Made by a program: the position numbers and the translations under genes. This document shows positions 50,028 through 58,935 of a DNA stretch of 64,000 nucleotides, piece after piece. The stretch is taken from assembly GCA_963825135.1 (NCBI GenBank), contig CAWGRW010000009.1, positions 1,280,001 to 1,344,000 of the forward strand, written 5' to 3'. This stretch comes from an uncultured bacterium. GTDB taxonomy: Bacteria > Desulfobacterota_D > UBA1144 > Nemesobacterales > UBA2774. Positions within the stretch are counted from its first letter, which is position 1, and each line of letters opens with the position of its first letter. The notes beneath the pieces were generated by a model that was not told the DNA's origin, searched no databases, and saw only the letters and a list, made by a program, of their open reading frames with translations.

Positions 50028-50894
50028 TTACCCGCCTATGAGCGTGCACCCGTCCGGATCGATAGAAGATGTCCCGCTCTGGTCTAGCGCCGCCTTGGCT
50101 CCGCTGATCGAACAGTTGTTTTGTGGATTTATTTCGACCTCGGAGGCGCCCGCCGACTTGATTCCGTGCTCCTTGAGCGACGTGATGAATATATTGTTAT
50201 TGACCGGAGTGACGGTCTGCGTGACCCTGACGAACGAATCGTTACTGGTCTTTATAGCGTCCTTGTTGGCGCTTATGGTTATATCCAGGTCGGCTTCGAG
50301 CTGTACAAAGCCTGATCCCTGCGTATCTATGCCTATACCGCAGTCGACGAGTGTTATGCTCCTTGCCGTTATCTGGACGAGGCTTTCCCCGTGCGACCTG
50401 ATACAGGTGTTCCCGTTTCCGTCTATTTCGAAGTCGGCTTCGAGCGAGTCGAATGTCAACTCATCGGAGCCGTCGGTGCGGACCTGATCCTGAAATACAG
50501 TCCAGTCGTTGACAATGATGTCTCCCGCCGCCAGCGTCACGTTGAATATTACATCGCTGTTACGTGTAACTGCTATAAACCTCGAGAGTGTTTGGGCATC
50601 AGGAATTTCAAACTGTATCTTGACCGTATCCGAGTTGGGCTTGAATCTGAGTGTGAATTGCCCGAGCTGGTTTGTTTTTGTCGAGTCAATCTTTTTATCA
50701 TTACTGTTAAAGACGATGACCTTGATACCAGAAACGGAACCGCCGATTACCTCTAATATGGTTCCGTTGACCCTCGTGTTGTCGCCTCCGCCCCCGCCTC
50801 CTCCGCTGCTGCATCCCCACATGCTGGATGACATAAACGAGACCATAACGAGCAATATCAGCAGAAACATATGCCTGTTCAGTAATTTAACCAT
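50028..50894 (-). CDS. Hypothetical lipoprotein (poly-Gly tether, beta-rich)
   Basis: Signal ending MWG-C then SSGGGGGGG; GGAGG SD; repeated (G/A)I(K/D)xxGxSxVxI units. Confidence 0.7.
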   Translation of the reverse strand: MVKLLNRHMFLLILLVMVSFMSSSMWGCSSGGGGGGGDNTRVNGTILEVIGGSVSGIKVIVFNSNDKKIDSTKTNQLGQFTLRFKPNSDTVKIQFEIPDAQTLSRFIAVTRNSDVIFNVTLAAGDIIVNDWTVFQDQVRTDGSDELTFDSLEADFEIDGNGNTCIRSHGESLVQITARSITLVDCGIGIDTQGSGFVQLEADLDITISANKDAIKTSNDSFVRVTQTVTPVNNNIFITSLKEHGIKSAGASEVEINPQNNCSISGAKAALDQSGTSSIDPDGCTLIGG

Positions 50895-51092
50895 AATCCT
50901 ATCCTCCATATAAGTTGGTTGATGGTTCAAAATAATCCGCAAAACCAAACTTTACTCCTATAATAACCGAAAATACTCGGCTTTTACATAGGCATTGAAA
51001 GCCGATTTAATATATGCTGTGTTGGGACTGATTTTTTTCATTACAATATTCCTTTTCGAATGCTGAGCTGGAGTCAGGCAGGTGATGCGGAT

Positions 51093-52130
51093 ATGAGTAT
51101 AAAGGCGGGAATTCTCGGGGCTACAGGTTATACGGGGGTGGAACTCGTCAGGCTGCTGTCGGGCCATCCCGGCGTAGACCTGAAATGGCTTACATCCGAG
51201 AAGTTCACGGGTAAGCGTATAGACGAAGTGTTCCCTCATCTCAGGGGTTTTTCGGATCTCGAATGCGGGAGCGTCGCGGGGTTAAAAGACCTCGCCGGGG
51301 TGGACGTGGCATTTTCCTGCCTCCCTCACGGCTCTTCTATGCACTTTGCGGCGAGGCTCCTCGACTCAGGCGTCAGGGTCATCGATTTCAGCGCCGATTT
51401 CAGGTTCAGGAACGCTGCTCTGTACGAGAGGCTCTTCAATACCGCGCATAAATATAAGAATTACATTGACGATGCCGTTTACGGTATTCCCGAAATCTTC
51501 AGGGATAAAATTCGAGGATCGCGGCTTGTGGCGAACCCGGGATGCTTTGCGACCGGGGTCATCCTGGGATTGTATCCGCTCATGGCCGAGGGGCTCATTG
51601 ATGGAAGCTCCATTGTCGCCGACGCCAAGGCGGGGGCATCGGGAGGCGGGCGCGCTCCCACACTCGAGCACCACTTCCCCGAATCTAATGAAAACATAAG
51701 GGTTAATTTGTCCGCCTCGAACAGCCAGGGGCCCGAGATGGAAGAAGTGCTTTCGCTCGCCTCCGGAGCTGACGCGGAAGTAAGCTTCATGCCCCATACG
51801 GTTTCCATAAACAGGGGGATACTGACGACGATTTATTCCCGTCTCAAGGAAAGCATGAAGCAGGAGGATATTGCCGGCGTCTATAAGAAATATTACGCCG
51901 GAGAGTCGTTCATCAGGGTTTACGCACGGGGCAAATTCCCGGAGATAAAAGACGTGAGGTATTCGAACGTCTGCGGGATCGGCCTCGGCCTGCAGTCGGA
52001 CAGACTGCTGATAGTCACCGCTCTCGACAACCTCCTAAAGGGGGCCTCGGGGCAAGCGGTTCAGAATATGAATATAATGTTCGGTTTTGAGGAAACCGAG
52101 TCGCTTGGAGGCTCGGGATTATACCCATAG
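51093..52130 (+). CDS. argC: N-acetyl-gamma-glutamyl-phosphate reductase homologue (divergent active site)
   Basis: GATGYTG.EL, LPHG.S, D.SADFR, YG.PE, ANPGC, DNL.KGA.GQAVQNMN; the HRH motif is replaced by NSQ. Confidence 0.75.
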   Translation: MSIKAGILGATGYTGVELVRLLSGHPGVDLKWLTSEKFTGKRIDEVFPHLRGFSDLECGSVAGLKDLAGVDVAFSCLPHGSSMHFAARLLDSGVRVIDFSADFRFRNAALYERLFNTAHKYKNYIDDAVYGIPEIFRDKIRGSRLVANPGCFATGVILGLYPLMAEGLIDGSSIVADAKAGASGGGRAPTLEHHFPESNENIRVNLSASNSQGPEMEEVLSLASGADAEVSFMPHTVSINRGILTTIYSRLKESMKQEDIAGVYKKYYAGESFIRVYARGKFPEIKDVRYSNVCGIGLGLQSDRLLIVTALDNLLKGASGQAVQNMNIMFGFEETESLGGSGLYP

Positions 52131-52143
52131 CGGGGCAGGAAAC

Positions 52144-53622
52144 ATGCATACGTTGTCTGACCTCTTTTCATCGGCTGCCGCGAAGTTCTCCTCGCGTACC
52201 GCCGTCATAGAAGACGATAAGAGCGTCACATATAAAGAACTCTCTCAAATGGCCGCGAGCCTCTCGTCCTTCTTCTCATCGAGGGGGGTCGGAAAAGGGG
52301 ACAGGGTCGCCATATTCCTCCCGAATTCCATCGAATTCATTGCCGCTGTATTCGGCACGGCATTGTCGGGCGCGGTATCTGTCCCGATCAATAGCTCATT
52401 TAAGATCGACGATATAAATTTTTATCTCGAGCATTCGGCCGCGAAGCTTCTCGTGACCGGGGACGGGTTGATGAGCACGGCTTCGGCGGCCTCGTCCGGC
52501 AGGGAGATGGAAGTCGTCTCGATAAAGGGGGCCGACGCGTTATGGAAATTCCCCGGGGAATACCCGGTCGCGCCCCCGGCTGTCGACGCCGCGCCCGGGG
52601 ACGAGGCGATATATCTCTACTCTACCGGGTCCACCGGAAAACCGAAGAGGGTGGCGAGGACTCACTACAATCTCTCGGCCCTCGCTGACAACCACACGGA
52701 AACCGTGGGCTGGACGAAAGAGGACAGGATCCTCTTCGTCGTCCCAATTTCGCACACATACGGCTTCGGGAACTTTATAAGCGCCGTTAAAGCGGGCGCC
52801 GCCGTGGTCGTTACAGGCGAGTTTAACAGGAACAGGGTTCTCGATCTACTCGAAAATGAGTCGATAACGGCCTTCCCGGCTGTCCCCGTCATGCTCGACG
52901 TGCTCTCGAAGACTTACACGGACGCGCCCAGGGATTTATCGTCCCTGAAGCTGGTTATCTCTGCGGGCGCCCCGCTTGGGGAAGAGACCTTCCTCAGGTT
53001 CCATGAGAAATTCTCCGTCTACCCGAGACAGCTCTACGGATCGACCGAGACCGGGGTCATCTCGATCAACCTCTGCCCCGAAGGCGAAATAGCGGAAAGG
53101 TTTAATTCGGTGGGAAGGCCCGTGAGCAACGTCGTGGTCAGGGTCTTCGGCGATGACGGCGAAGAGGCCCGGGTCGGCGATACCGGCGAGCTCGCGGTCA
53201 GGAGCCCTTCGATGACGTCCGGGTATTACGGACTCCCCGAAGAAACGGCCCGGGTATTTAAAAACGGCTACTACTTCACCGGCGACCTCGGGTTTATCGA
53301 CGGGGGCGGTTATATCTATATAACGGGCCGGAGGAAATTTCTCATCAACGTGGGCGGGTTCAAGGTCGATCCCGTCGAGGTCGAGAATCTACTCTCGCTT
53401 CACCCGGATATTGCCGAGTGCGCGGTATTGGGAATTACGGACAGGTCCGGTAACGAGCGGGTGAAGGCGGTCATCGTCGCCCGCGGCCCTGTCGAGACCA
53501 GGGAAGTGCTCGAATTCTGCAGGGGCAGGATAGCCGAATACAAGGTTCCTCACGTCGTCGAATTCCGCAGCGAGCTTCCCAGGAGCCCGACTGGTAAAAT
53601 ACTGCGCGAGCAATTAAAGTGA
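52144..53622 (+). CDS. Class I adenylate-forming enzyme (acyl-CoA/acyl-ACP ligase-like)
   Basis: YSTGSTGKPK, YGSTE, TGDLG, GRRK.LI.VGG, PRSPTGKI. Confidence 0.9.
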   Translation: MHTLSDLFSSAAAKFSSRTAVIEDDKSVTYKELSQMAASLSSFFSSRGVGKGDRVAIFLPNSIEFIAAVFGTALSGAVSVPINSSFKIDDINFYLEHSAAKLLVTGDGLMSTASAASSGREMEVVSIKGADALWKFPGEYPVAPPAVDAAPGDEAIYLYSTGSTGKPKRVARTHYNLSALADNHTETVGWTKEDRILFVVPISHTYGFGNFISAVKAGAAVVVTGEFNRNRVLDLLENESITAFPAVPVMLDVLSKTYTDAPRDLSSLKLVISAGAPLGEETFLRFHEKFSVYPRQLYGSTETGVISINLCPEGEIAERFNSVGRPVSNVVVRVFGDDGEEARVGDTGELAVRSPSMTSGYYGLPEETARVFKNGYYFTGDLGFIDGGGYIYITGRRKFLINVGGFKVDPVEVENLLSLHPDIAECAVLGITDRSGNERVKAVIVARGPVETREVLEFCRGRIAEYKVPHVVEFRSELPRSPTGKILREQLK

Positions 53623-53648
53623 ATGCCTATGATAACGGGAAGGGTTTC

Positions 53649-53903
53649 ATGATAGAGGATATAAGGGCCAGGGTACGAACGGTCCTGGCCGAGAATATAT
53701 TGAAGGATGTAAACACCCGGGATTTGAGGGACGACACCCCGCTCCTTGACCTCGGCGTAGGTGTCGATTCGGTAGCCAGGCTCGAGTTCCTCGTGGCCCT
53801 CGAGGAAGAGTTCGGCGTCAGGCTCGACGAAAGCGATATAACCCCCGAATTTTTCGAGACGGTTGATAGTATCTCCGAGAACATATCGCGAAGGCTGGGT
53901 TAG
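53649..53903 (+). CDS. Acyl carrier protein
   Basis: Small and acidic; GVDS phosphopantetheine site; LEEEFG, F.TV. Confidence 0.85.
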   Translation: MIEDIRARVRTVLAENILKDVNTRDLRDDTPLLDLGVGVDSVARLEFLVALEEEFGVRLDESDITPEFFETVDSISENISRRLG

Positions 53904-53912
53904 TACCGGGCT

Positions 53913-54629
53913 CTAGTTTGTCAGGCCCTTGTCTTTTAAATATTTCTCGAACGAGTTGATGAATTCTTTCCTGACCCTCTCGCTCGCCCTCCCGATAGGC
54001 TCTATTACCGTCTTCTCGTAGAGCTCGAAAGCCGTGTCCTCGAGCTTCGTATCGCCGGTCGTCCTCGCGAGTCTCAACACCGCGATCGAGTTGTAAAATA
54101 TCGCTTTGAAAAGAGAGCTCCTCGCGTCGTTGAACTTGAATTCCTCGAGCGATTTCTGGGCTTCTAGAAGCGCGTAATACCCCACTCCGAAGAACAGCGT
54201 GAGCAGCTTTTTGGCCTCTTCCGGAGACATGCCTTCTATCAGATAGACGAGAGGGGCCTCTACTATGGATTCGAGCTCCTTCTCTCTGGTTATTATGTTG
54301 GCGAGCTCCTTTACCTTCTCGTCGTCGGCGTTGTTTATCAGGTCCTTCAACGCGCCCTGGACATATTCTAGCGCGAAGCTGTCCCTGATTTCATCGAGCG
54401 TGAGTCCTTCGGATTTTAGAGCTTTAATGTGTGCCAGCTTGTCGAGCGTAGCTTCGGGAAACACGAGATGCGTCTTGGTCACCCCGCCCCGGGTGAATTT
54501 CTTTCTTTTGGGTTTCGGTATAAGTCCCAGCCTGGAGCACACCCTGATCGTTTTTTCCGGGTCTGCCCCGAGGTCTATTTTTCTTTTTTTCGCTTCTCTT
54601 ATGATTTCCTCAAGTGAAATATCGGCCAT
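53913..54629 (-). CDS. MerR-like HTH protein with unknown helical C-terminal domain
   Basis: TIR....GLIPKP, L..IK.LK.EGL.LDEI. Confidence 0.6.
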   Translation of the reverse strand: MADISLEEIIREAKKRKIDLGADPEKTIRVCSRLGLIPKPKRKKFTRGGVTKTHLVFPEATLDKLAHIKALKSEGLTLDEIRDSFALEYVQGALKDLINNADDEKVKELANIITREKELESIVEAPLVYLIEGMSPEEAKKLLTLFFGVGYYALLEAQKSLEEFKFNDARSSLFKAIFYNSIAVLRLARTTGDTKLEDTAFELYEKTVIEPIGRASERVRKEFINSFEKYLKDKGLTN

Positions 54630-54834
54630 ACCATGATATTAAGCAGTATATGAAGCCTTTGTCAATCGGTTTTTTATTGACTTTCGGTAAGTTATGTCGT
54701 GATTGTTTCTGAAGATACAGGGCGGATTGATTAATTGTTTTCAGGCGTCCCGCAAGCGCCGATAACGATGACCCATCGTCCGATATTCTATCCGTTTGAT
54801 TGATTTTAAACGGGATTTGGTTTATTACTTTGTT

Positions 54835-55596
54835 ATGGCGAAGAGCACGCTCGTTTTGTACGAGCCCCTTAACGGTCTGATGGAAAAAAACTATTACTGG
54901 ACGGAGTACGTGCACTTCTACGAGCAGTATTGGGGCGGCCCGACTTCCCCCTTCGGCGTGTGGTTCGGAAACGAATACGAATCCTTCATAAACGCTCTCT
55001 CCGGGCACCTGGGCATGGATCAGGACGATGTCGAGCACTGTTTCTTTACGAAGGACGAGGAAGGGAAATATTACGTCGCTCCCTTTCAATCGAAGGCCAA
55101 TTTATTTTTCTGCGAAAACTTCATCCCCGTCGAGTGGTTTATGCTGTTCAACGAGGACGATAGGCAGACCCTCTACACGCACTGGGGTTTCAATGCGCTG
55201 CATTACGATACGCGTGTCCAAAAGGCCCTCGAAAGGCTGGACGAGGCAGGGAAAATACTTTCCGGAGTCGTTAACGAGCACCCGGGGGACCTGGACAACA
55301 CAACTTACACGTATATCGCCGATAGCATATCCGCGGGACACACCGAGCTTAAAACGTGGCTATCCGGTTTCGACCCGGCCGGTTTCATAGTTTTGAACTA
55401 CGGCGAGCTTTGTTCCGTTATCAATCCCTACAGTCTGGAGCGCGAGCGCTCGGTCGAGGAGACCTGGAAGTTCCTTCGCATGTTGAAAGAGGGGAGTTTC
55501 GGCGATGCCGACAGCTCGCTTAAGACATTCATGCGGAAGTGGGACGATATAAGGAACTACGCCTCCGGAAGCCTGGATAATTCCACTCTTCAGTGA
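54835..55596 (+). CDS. Hypothetical protein
   Basis: Open frame with genome-like codon usage filling the intergenic space; no recognised motif. Confidence 0.65.
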   Translation: MAKSTLVLYEPLNGLMEKNYYWTEYVHFYEQYWGGPTSPFGVWFGNEYESFINALSGHLGMDQDDVEHCFFTKDEEGKYYVAPFQSKANLFFCENFIPVEWFMLFNEDDRQTLYTHWGFNALHYDTRVQKALERLDEAGKILSGVVNEHPGDLDNTTYTYIADSISAGHTELKTWLSGFDPAGFIVLNYGELCSVINPYSLERERSVEETWKFLRMLKEGSFGDADSSLKTFMRKWDDIRNYASGSLDNSTLQ

Positions 55597-55931
55597 GCCC
55601 CGCGAAATCCGGTCTCAAATCAATACGCGCCCGGCACGTATTCTCATAAACCTCTGTATATCTATTTTTTGTTTAGCCCCTCGCGAATGGTATCTATTGC
55701 CCTTTCGTATAACTAAATACGGACAGACGAGGGCGGATATTTCAAAAGCGCCCGTCATTTCACCGGACCAGGGCTTCATTATCGGTCTTTTCTCCAATGA
55801 TTTAGTTGAGTTATAGCAAATAATTTGAATCTGAAACCAAATCCCGTTCGTACTGGTTTATAGATGTATAAGATTGAGTCATATGAATCCGGATGCTGGT
55901 AAGACACATCTCAAAATGAAGGAGGCTGTTA

Positions 55932-57167
55932 ATGTTAAGAAAGCCTGAATTTATAGACGTTTTTGACGATTTTGGGGTTAGTCATGCGGAATCGATAGCG
56001 GAGAGTTTCGAACAGAGCGGAATCGAGGATATCGAGCTCTTTTTTGACGAAGATATACAGCCGGTCGAGGATACCGATCAAAACGCTGCCGAAGAATCCG
56101 GCCCGGAGCCGGAAATAAGTCAGGATCTAAGGCTGGTCAACGCATATTTCAAGGAGGTCAGCACGGAGACTCTCCTGGCTCCTAACGAAGAAGCCCACGT
56201 AGCGGCCAAGATAAAATGCTGTGAGGACAGAGCCAAGGCGGTCCTGAAAAGGATTGAAAGGATCCTGGGGAAAAAGATAGGGGGCGACATCTCCGAGCTT
56301 CGTTCCGAAGCGAAGAATTTAATCGAGATAAACAACGTAAACAACTCTTCCGCGAACGGGATAAAGAATTTGAAATCCGGGAGGGACTTCACCCTGCTCG
56401 TGAACCTGTACGAGGCGTATGTGACGAAAGGCTTTCAGATGAGGAACAGGTTTATCAAAGCCAACCTGCGGCTCGTCGCGAGCATGGCGAAAAGGTATGT
56501 AGGCAGGGGTGTCCCGTTTCTGGATCTGATCCAGGAGGGCAACCTAGGGTTGATCAAGGCCGTCGAGCGGTTCGACCACACGAAGGGGTACAGGTTTTCC
56601 ACTTATGCCTGCTGGTGGATAAATCAGGCGATGACGAGGGGAATATTCAACCAGACGAGGACAGTCAAAATGCCCGCGTACCTGCTCGAAAAAGCGGGGA
56701 AAGTGAGGCACGTCAAGAGGGTTTTGACGAATGACTACGAGAGAGAGCCCTACGCCGAGGAGATTGCCGAGAAGGCTCAGATGAGCGTGGAGAACGTAAA
56801 AAGGATTCTGGAGTCGAGCGTCAATAAAGTCGTGAGGCTCGATACGCCCGTCTGGAACGGAGAGAAGGTTACGTATATGGACTACATGGAAGATTCGAGC
56901 TCGCTCGAAGTGGACAGCGTGATTGCGGAGATTTCAATACCGGAGAACATCAACTCCGCTCTCCTGATGCTGTCGATGAGGGAGAGGGAGGTCGTAAAGA
57001 TGAGGTTCGGGATCGGCTACGACGGCCCGTATACGCTCGACGAGATCGGAAGGAAGTTCCGATTGACCAGAGAGAGGATCAGGCAGATAGAAAAAAAGGC
57101 CCTCGACAGGATTAAGAGGTCAAAATCCGCCCCGGTACTCAGGAGCTTGATGGAAGTTTATAACTGA
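55932..57167 (+). CDS. RNA polymerase sigma-70 factor, RpoD/RpoS-like (no clear region 1.1)
   Basis: ANLRLV...AKRY..RG....DLIQEGN.GL.KAVERFD..KGYRFSTYA.WW; TL.EIG....TRERIRQIE. Confidence 0.93.
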   Translation: MLRKPEFIDVFDDFGVSHAESIAESFEQSGIEDIELFFDEDIQPVEDTDQNAAEESGPEPEISQDLRLVNAYFKEVSTETLLAPNEEAHVAAKIKCCEDRAKAVLKRIERILGKKIGGDISELRSEAKNLIEINNVNNSSANGIKNLKSGRDFTLLVNLYEAYVTKGFQMRNRFIKANLRLVASMAKRYVGRGVPFLDLIQEGNLGLIKAVERFDHTKGYRFSTYACWWINQAMTRGIFNQTRTVKMPAYLLEKAGKVRHVKRVLTNDYEREPYAEEIAEKAQMSVENVKRILESSVNKVVRLDTPVWNGEKVTYMDYMEDSSSLEVDSVIAEISIPENINSALLMLSMREREVVKMRFGIGYDGPYTLDEIGRKFRLTRERIRQIEKKALDRIKRSKSAPVLRSLMEVYN

Positions 57168-57229
57168 TGGTCTGAAAGGCGCCCGAGAAACCGCAGAGCG
57201 CCGTAATATCCGGATAGACAATAAAGCTC

Positions 57230-57279
57230 AATCGGGGTGCACCCGGGGCAACCGGCTCTGCACCCCTGATTATTTTCTT
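57230..57279 (+). terminator. Probable terminator hairpin after the sigma factor gene
   Basis: AATCGGGGTGCA...TGCACCCCTGATT followed by ATTTTCTT. Confidence 0.5.
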
Positions 57280-57334
57280 CCCGATCGCCGGTACCCCCTC
57301 CGCTCGTGTATATTATCGGTTTATTCGCCCTTAA

Positions 57335-57991
57335 ATGAAAGCCGAATATATATCCCGAGTCGTACGTATATTGAAAAAGGAATCCCCCGAATGGGGCGTG
57401 CCCGCGGTGACGCTCGAGGCCGAGACCTCGCGCGATCCCTTCAGGGTCCTCATCTCCACGGTGCTCAGCCTGAGGACGAAAGACGAGACCACTGCCGGGG
57501 CGTCGGGGAGGTTGTTCGCCCTGGCCGATAGCCCCAAGGACATGCTCGGGCTCGGCGAGAAAGTGATTACGGAGGCGATATACCCGGTCGGGTTTTACAG
57601 GACCAAGGCTAGGAACATCCTCGGGATTTGCCGTGAGCTCATAGATAAATACGGCTCGAGGGTGCCGGACGATCTCGATGAGCTGCTTCTCCTGAGGGGC
57701 GTCGGCAGAAAGACCGCGAACCTCGTCCTGACGCTAGGCTACGGAAAACACGGCATATGCGTCGACACGCACGTTCATAGAATCACCAACAGGCTCGGAT
57801 ACATCCGGACCGCCACCCCGTACGACACCGAAATGGCGCTAAGGGCAAAACTCCCGAAGAGACACTGGATAGATTACAACAGCCTGCTCGTGGCGTTCGG
57901 CCAGTATATCTGCCGCCCCGTTTCGCCTAAATGCAGCGTCTGCCCGGTCCAAGCGTTTTGCGATAAGGTCGGGGTTGTAAAGAGCCGCTGA
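57335..57991 (+). CDS. nth: Endonuclease III
   Basis: HhH L.GVGRKTAN, VDTHVHRI, C......C..C.....C 4Fe-4S motif. Confidence 0.93.
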   Translation: MKAEYISRVVRILKKESPEWGVPAVTLEAETSRDPFRVLISTVLSLRTKDETTAGASGRLFALADSPKDMLGLGEKVITEAIYPVGFYRTKARNILGICRELIDKYGSRVPDDLDELLLLRGVGRKTANLVLTLGYGKHGICVDTHVHRITNRLGYIRTATPYDTEMALRAKLPKRHWIDYNSLLVAFGQYICRPVSPKCSVCPVQAFCDKVGVVKSR

Positions 57992-58111
57992 AACAGGCGT
58001 CAATCCGGGAAATTATATTGCCTCCGAGTTTGACTATCCCGCTATCTCAAATATAATTCATTCACCTCTTAAAAGGCTCGCTTGTCCGTATATCCGGGAG
58101 GTCTTTACGGT

Positions 58112-58621
58112 TTGGAAACAGTCGTGTTTTACGTGTTTGCGGCCCTTTCAGTTGCCGGGGCTCTCCTTGTCATAATGCACGATAACCCGGTCTCGAGCGC
58201 TGTCTCGCTCGTCCTCACCCTCTTTTCGACCGCAGTCCTTTTCGTCCTCCTCCTCGCCCACTTCATAGCTGCCGTACAGATACTCGTTTACGCGGGCGCG
58301 ATAATGATCCTGTTCCTGTTTACGGTAATGTTTTTGAACCTGAGGCCGGAGGCCCTCAGGTTCGACGCCAAAAATATGGCCTTTAAAGTCAGTGTTTTCC
58401 TCGTCGTACTTCTGTTTACGGGTTATTTCGCCAGCGTCGCGTTTAATAAGGCGTTTCCTGACGGCAATGCGCAGCCGGCACTTCAGGAAGGGTTCGGGAC
58501 GGTCGAGAGTATCGGAAAGCTCCTCTTCAGCGATTTCCTTCTGCCTTTCGAGCTCACTTCGGTTCTGATTGTGGCCGCGATAATAGGCGTCGTCGCGATA
58601 GCGAAAAGGAGGGAGAGCTGA
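58112..58621 (+). CDS. nuoJ: NADH-quinone oxidoreductase subunit J
   Basis: NPV.SA, QILVYAGAIM.LFLF, PFELTS; TTG start after GGAGG. Confidence 0.92.
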   Translation: METVVFYVFAALSVAGALLVIMHDNPVSSAVSLVLTLFSTAVLFVLLLAHFIAAVQILVYAGAIMILFLFTVMFLNLRPEALRFDAKNMAFKVSVFLVVLLFTGYFASVAFNKAFPDGNAQPALQEGFGTVESIGKLLFSDFLLPFELTSVLIVAAIIGVVAIAKRRES

Positions 58622-58622
58622 G

Positions 58623-58928
58623 TTGAGCATCACGGTGGAGCACTACTTTGTCTTAAGCGCCATCTTATTCGTCATAGGTGCCTACGGCGTGATCGCCAGG
58701 AGGAACCTCATCGTAGTACTGATGTCCCTCGAGCTTATGCTGAATTCCGCCAACCTGGCGTTTGTAGCCTTTTCCAGGGCCCATAACGATATGACCGGCC
58801 AGATATTCATGATTATGTCGATAACCGTCGCCGCCGCCGAGGTGGCTGTAGGGCTGGCGCTCGTAGTTGCGGTTTACGCGCACAGGGAGACGCTCGACGT
58901 AGATATCCTAAAGATTCTAAAAGGTTAG
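58623..58928 (+). CDS. nuoK: NADH-quinone oxidoreductase subunit K
   Basis: RRN...LMS.ELMLN, VAAAE.AVGLA, LKG end. Confidence 0.95.
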   Translation: MSITVEHYFVLSAILFVIGAYGVIARRNLIVVLMSLELMLNSANLAFVAFSRAHNDMTGQIFMIMSITVAAAEVAVGLALVVAVYAHRETLDVDILKILKG

Positions 58929-58935
58929 ATAAACG

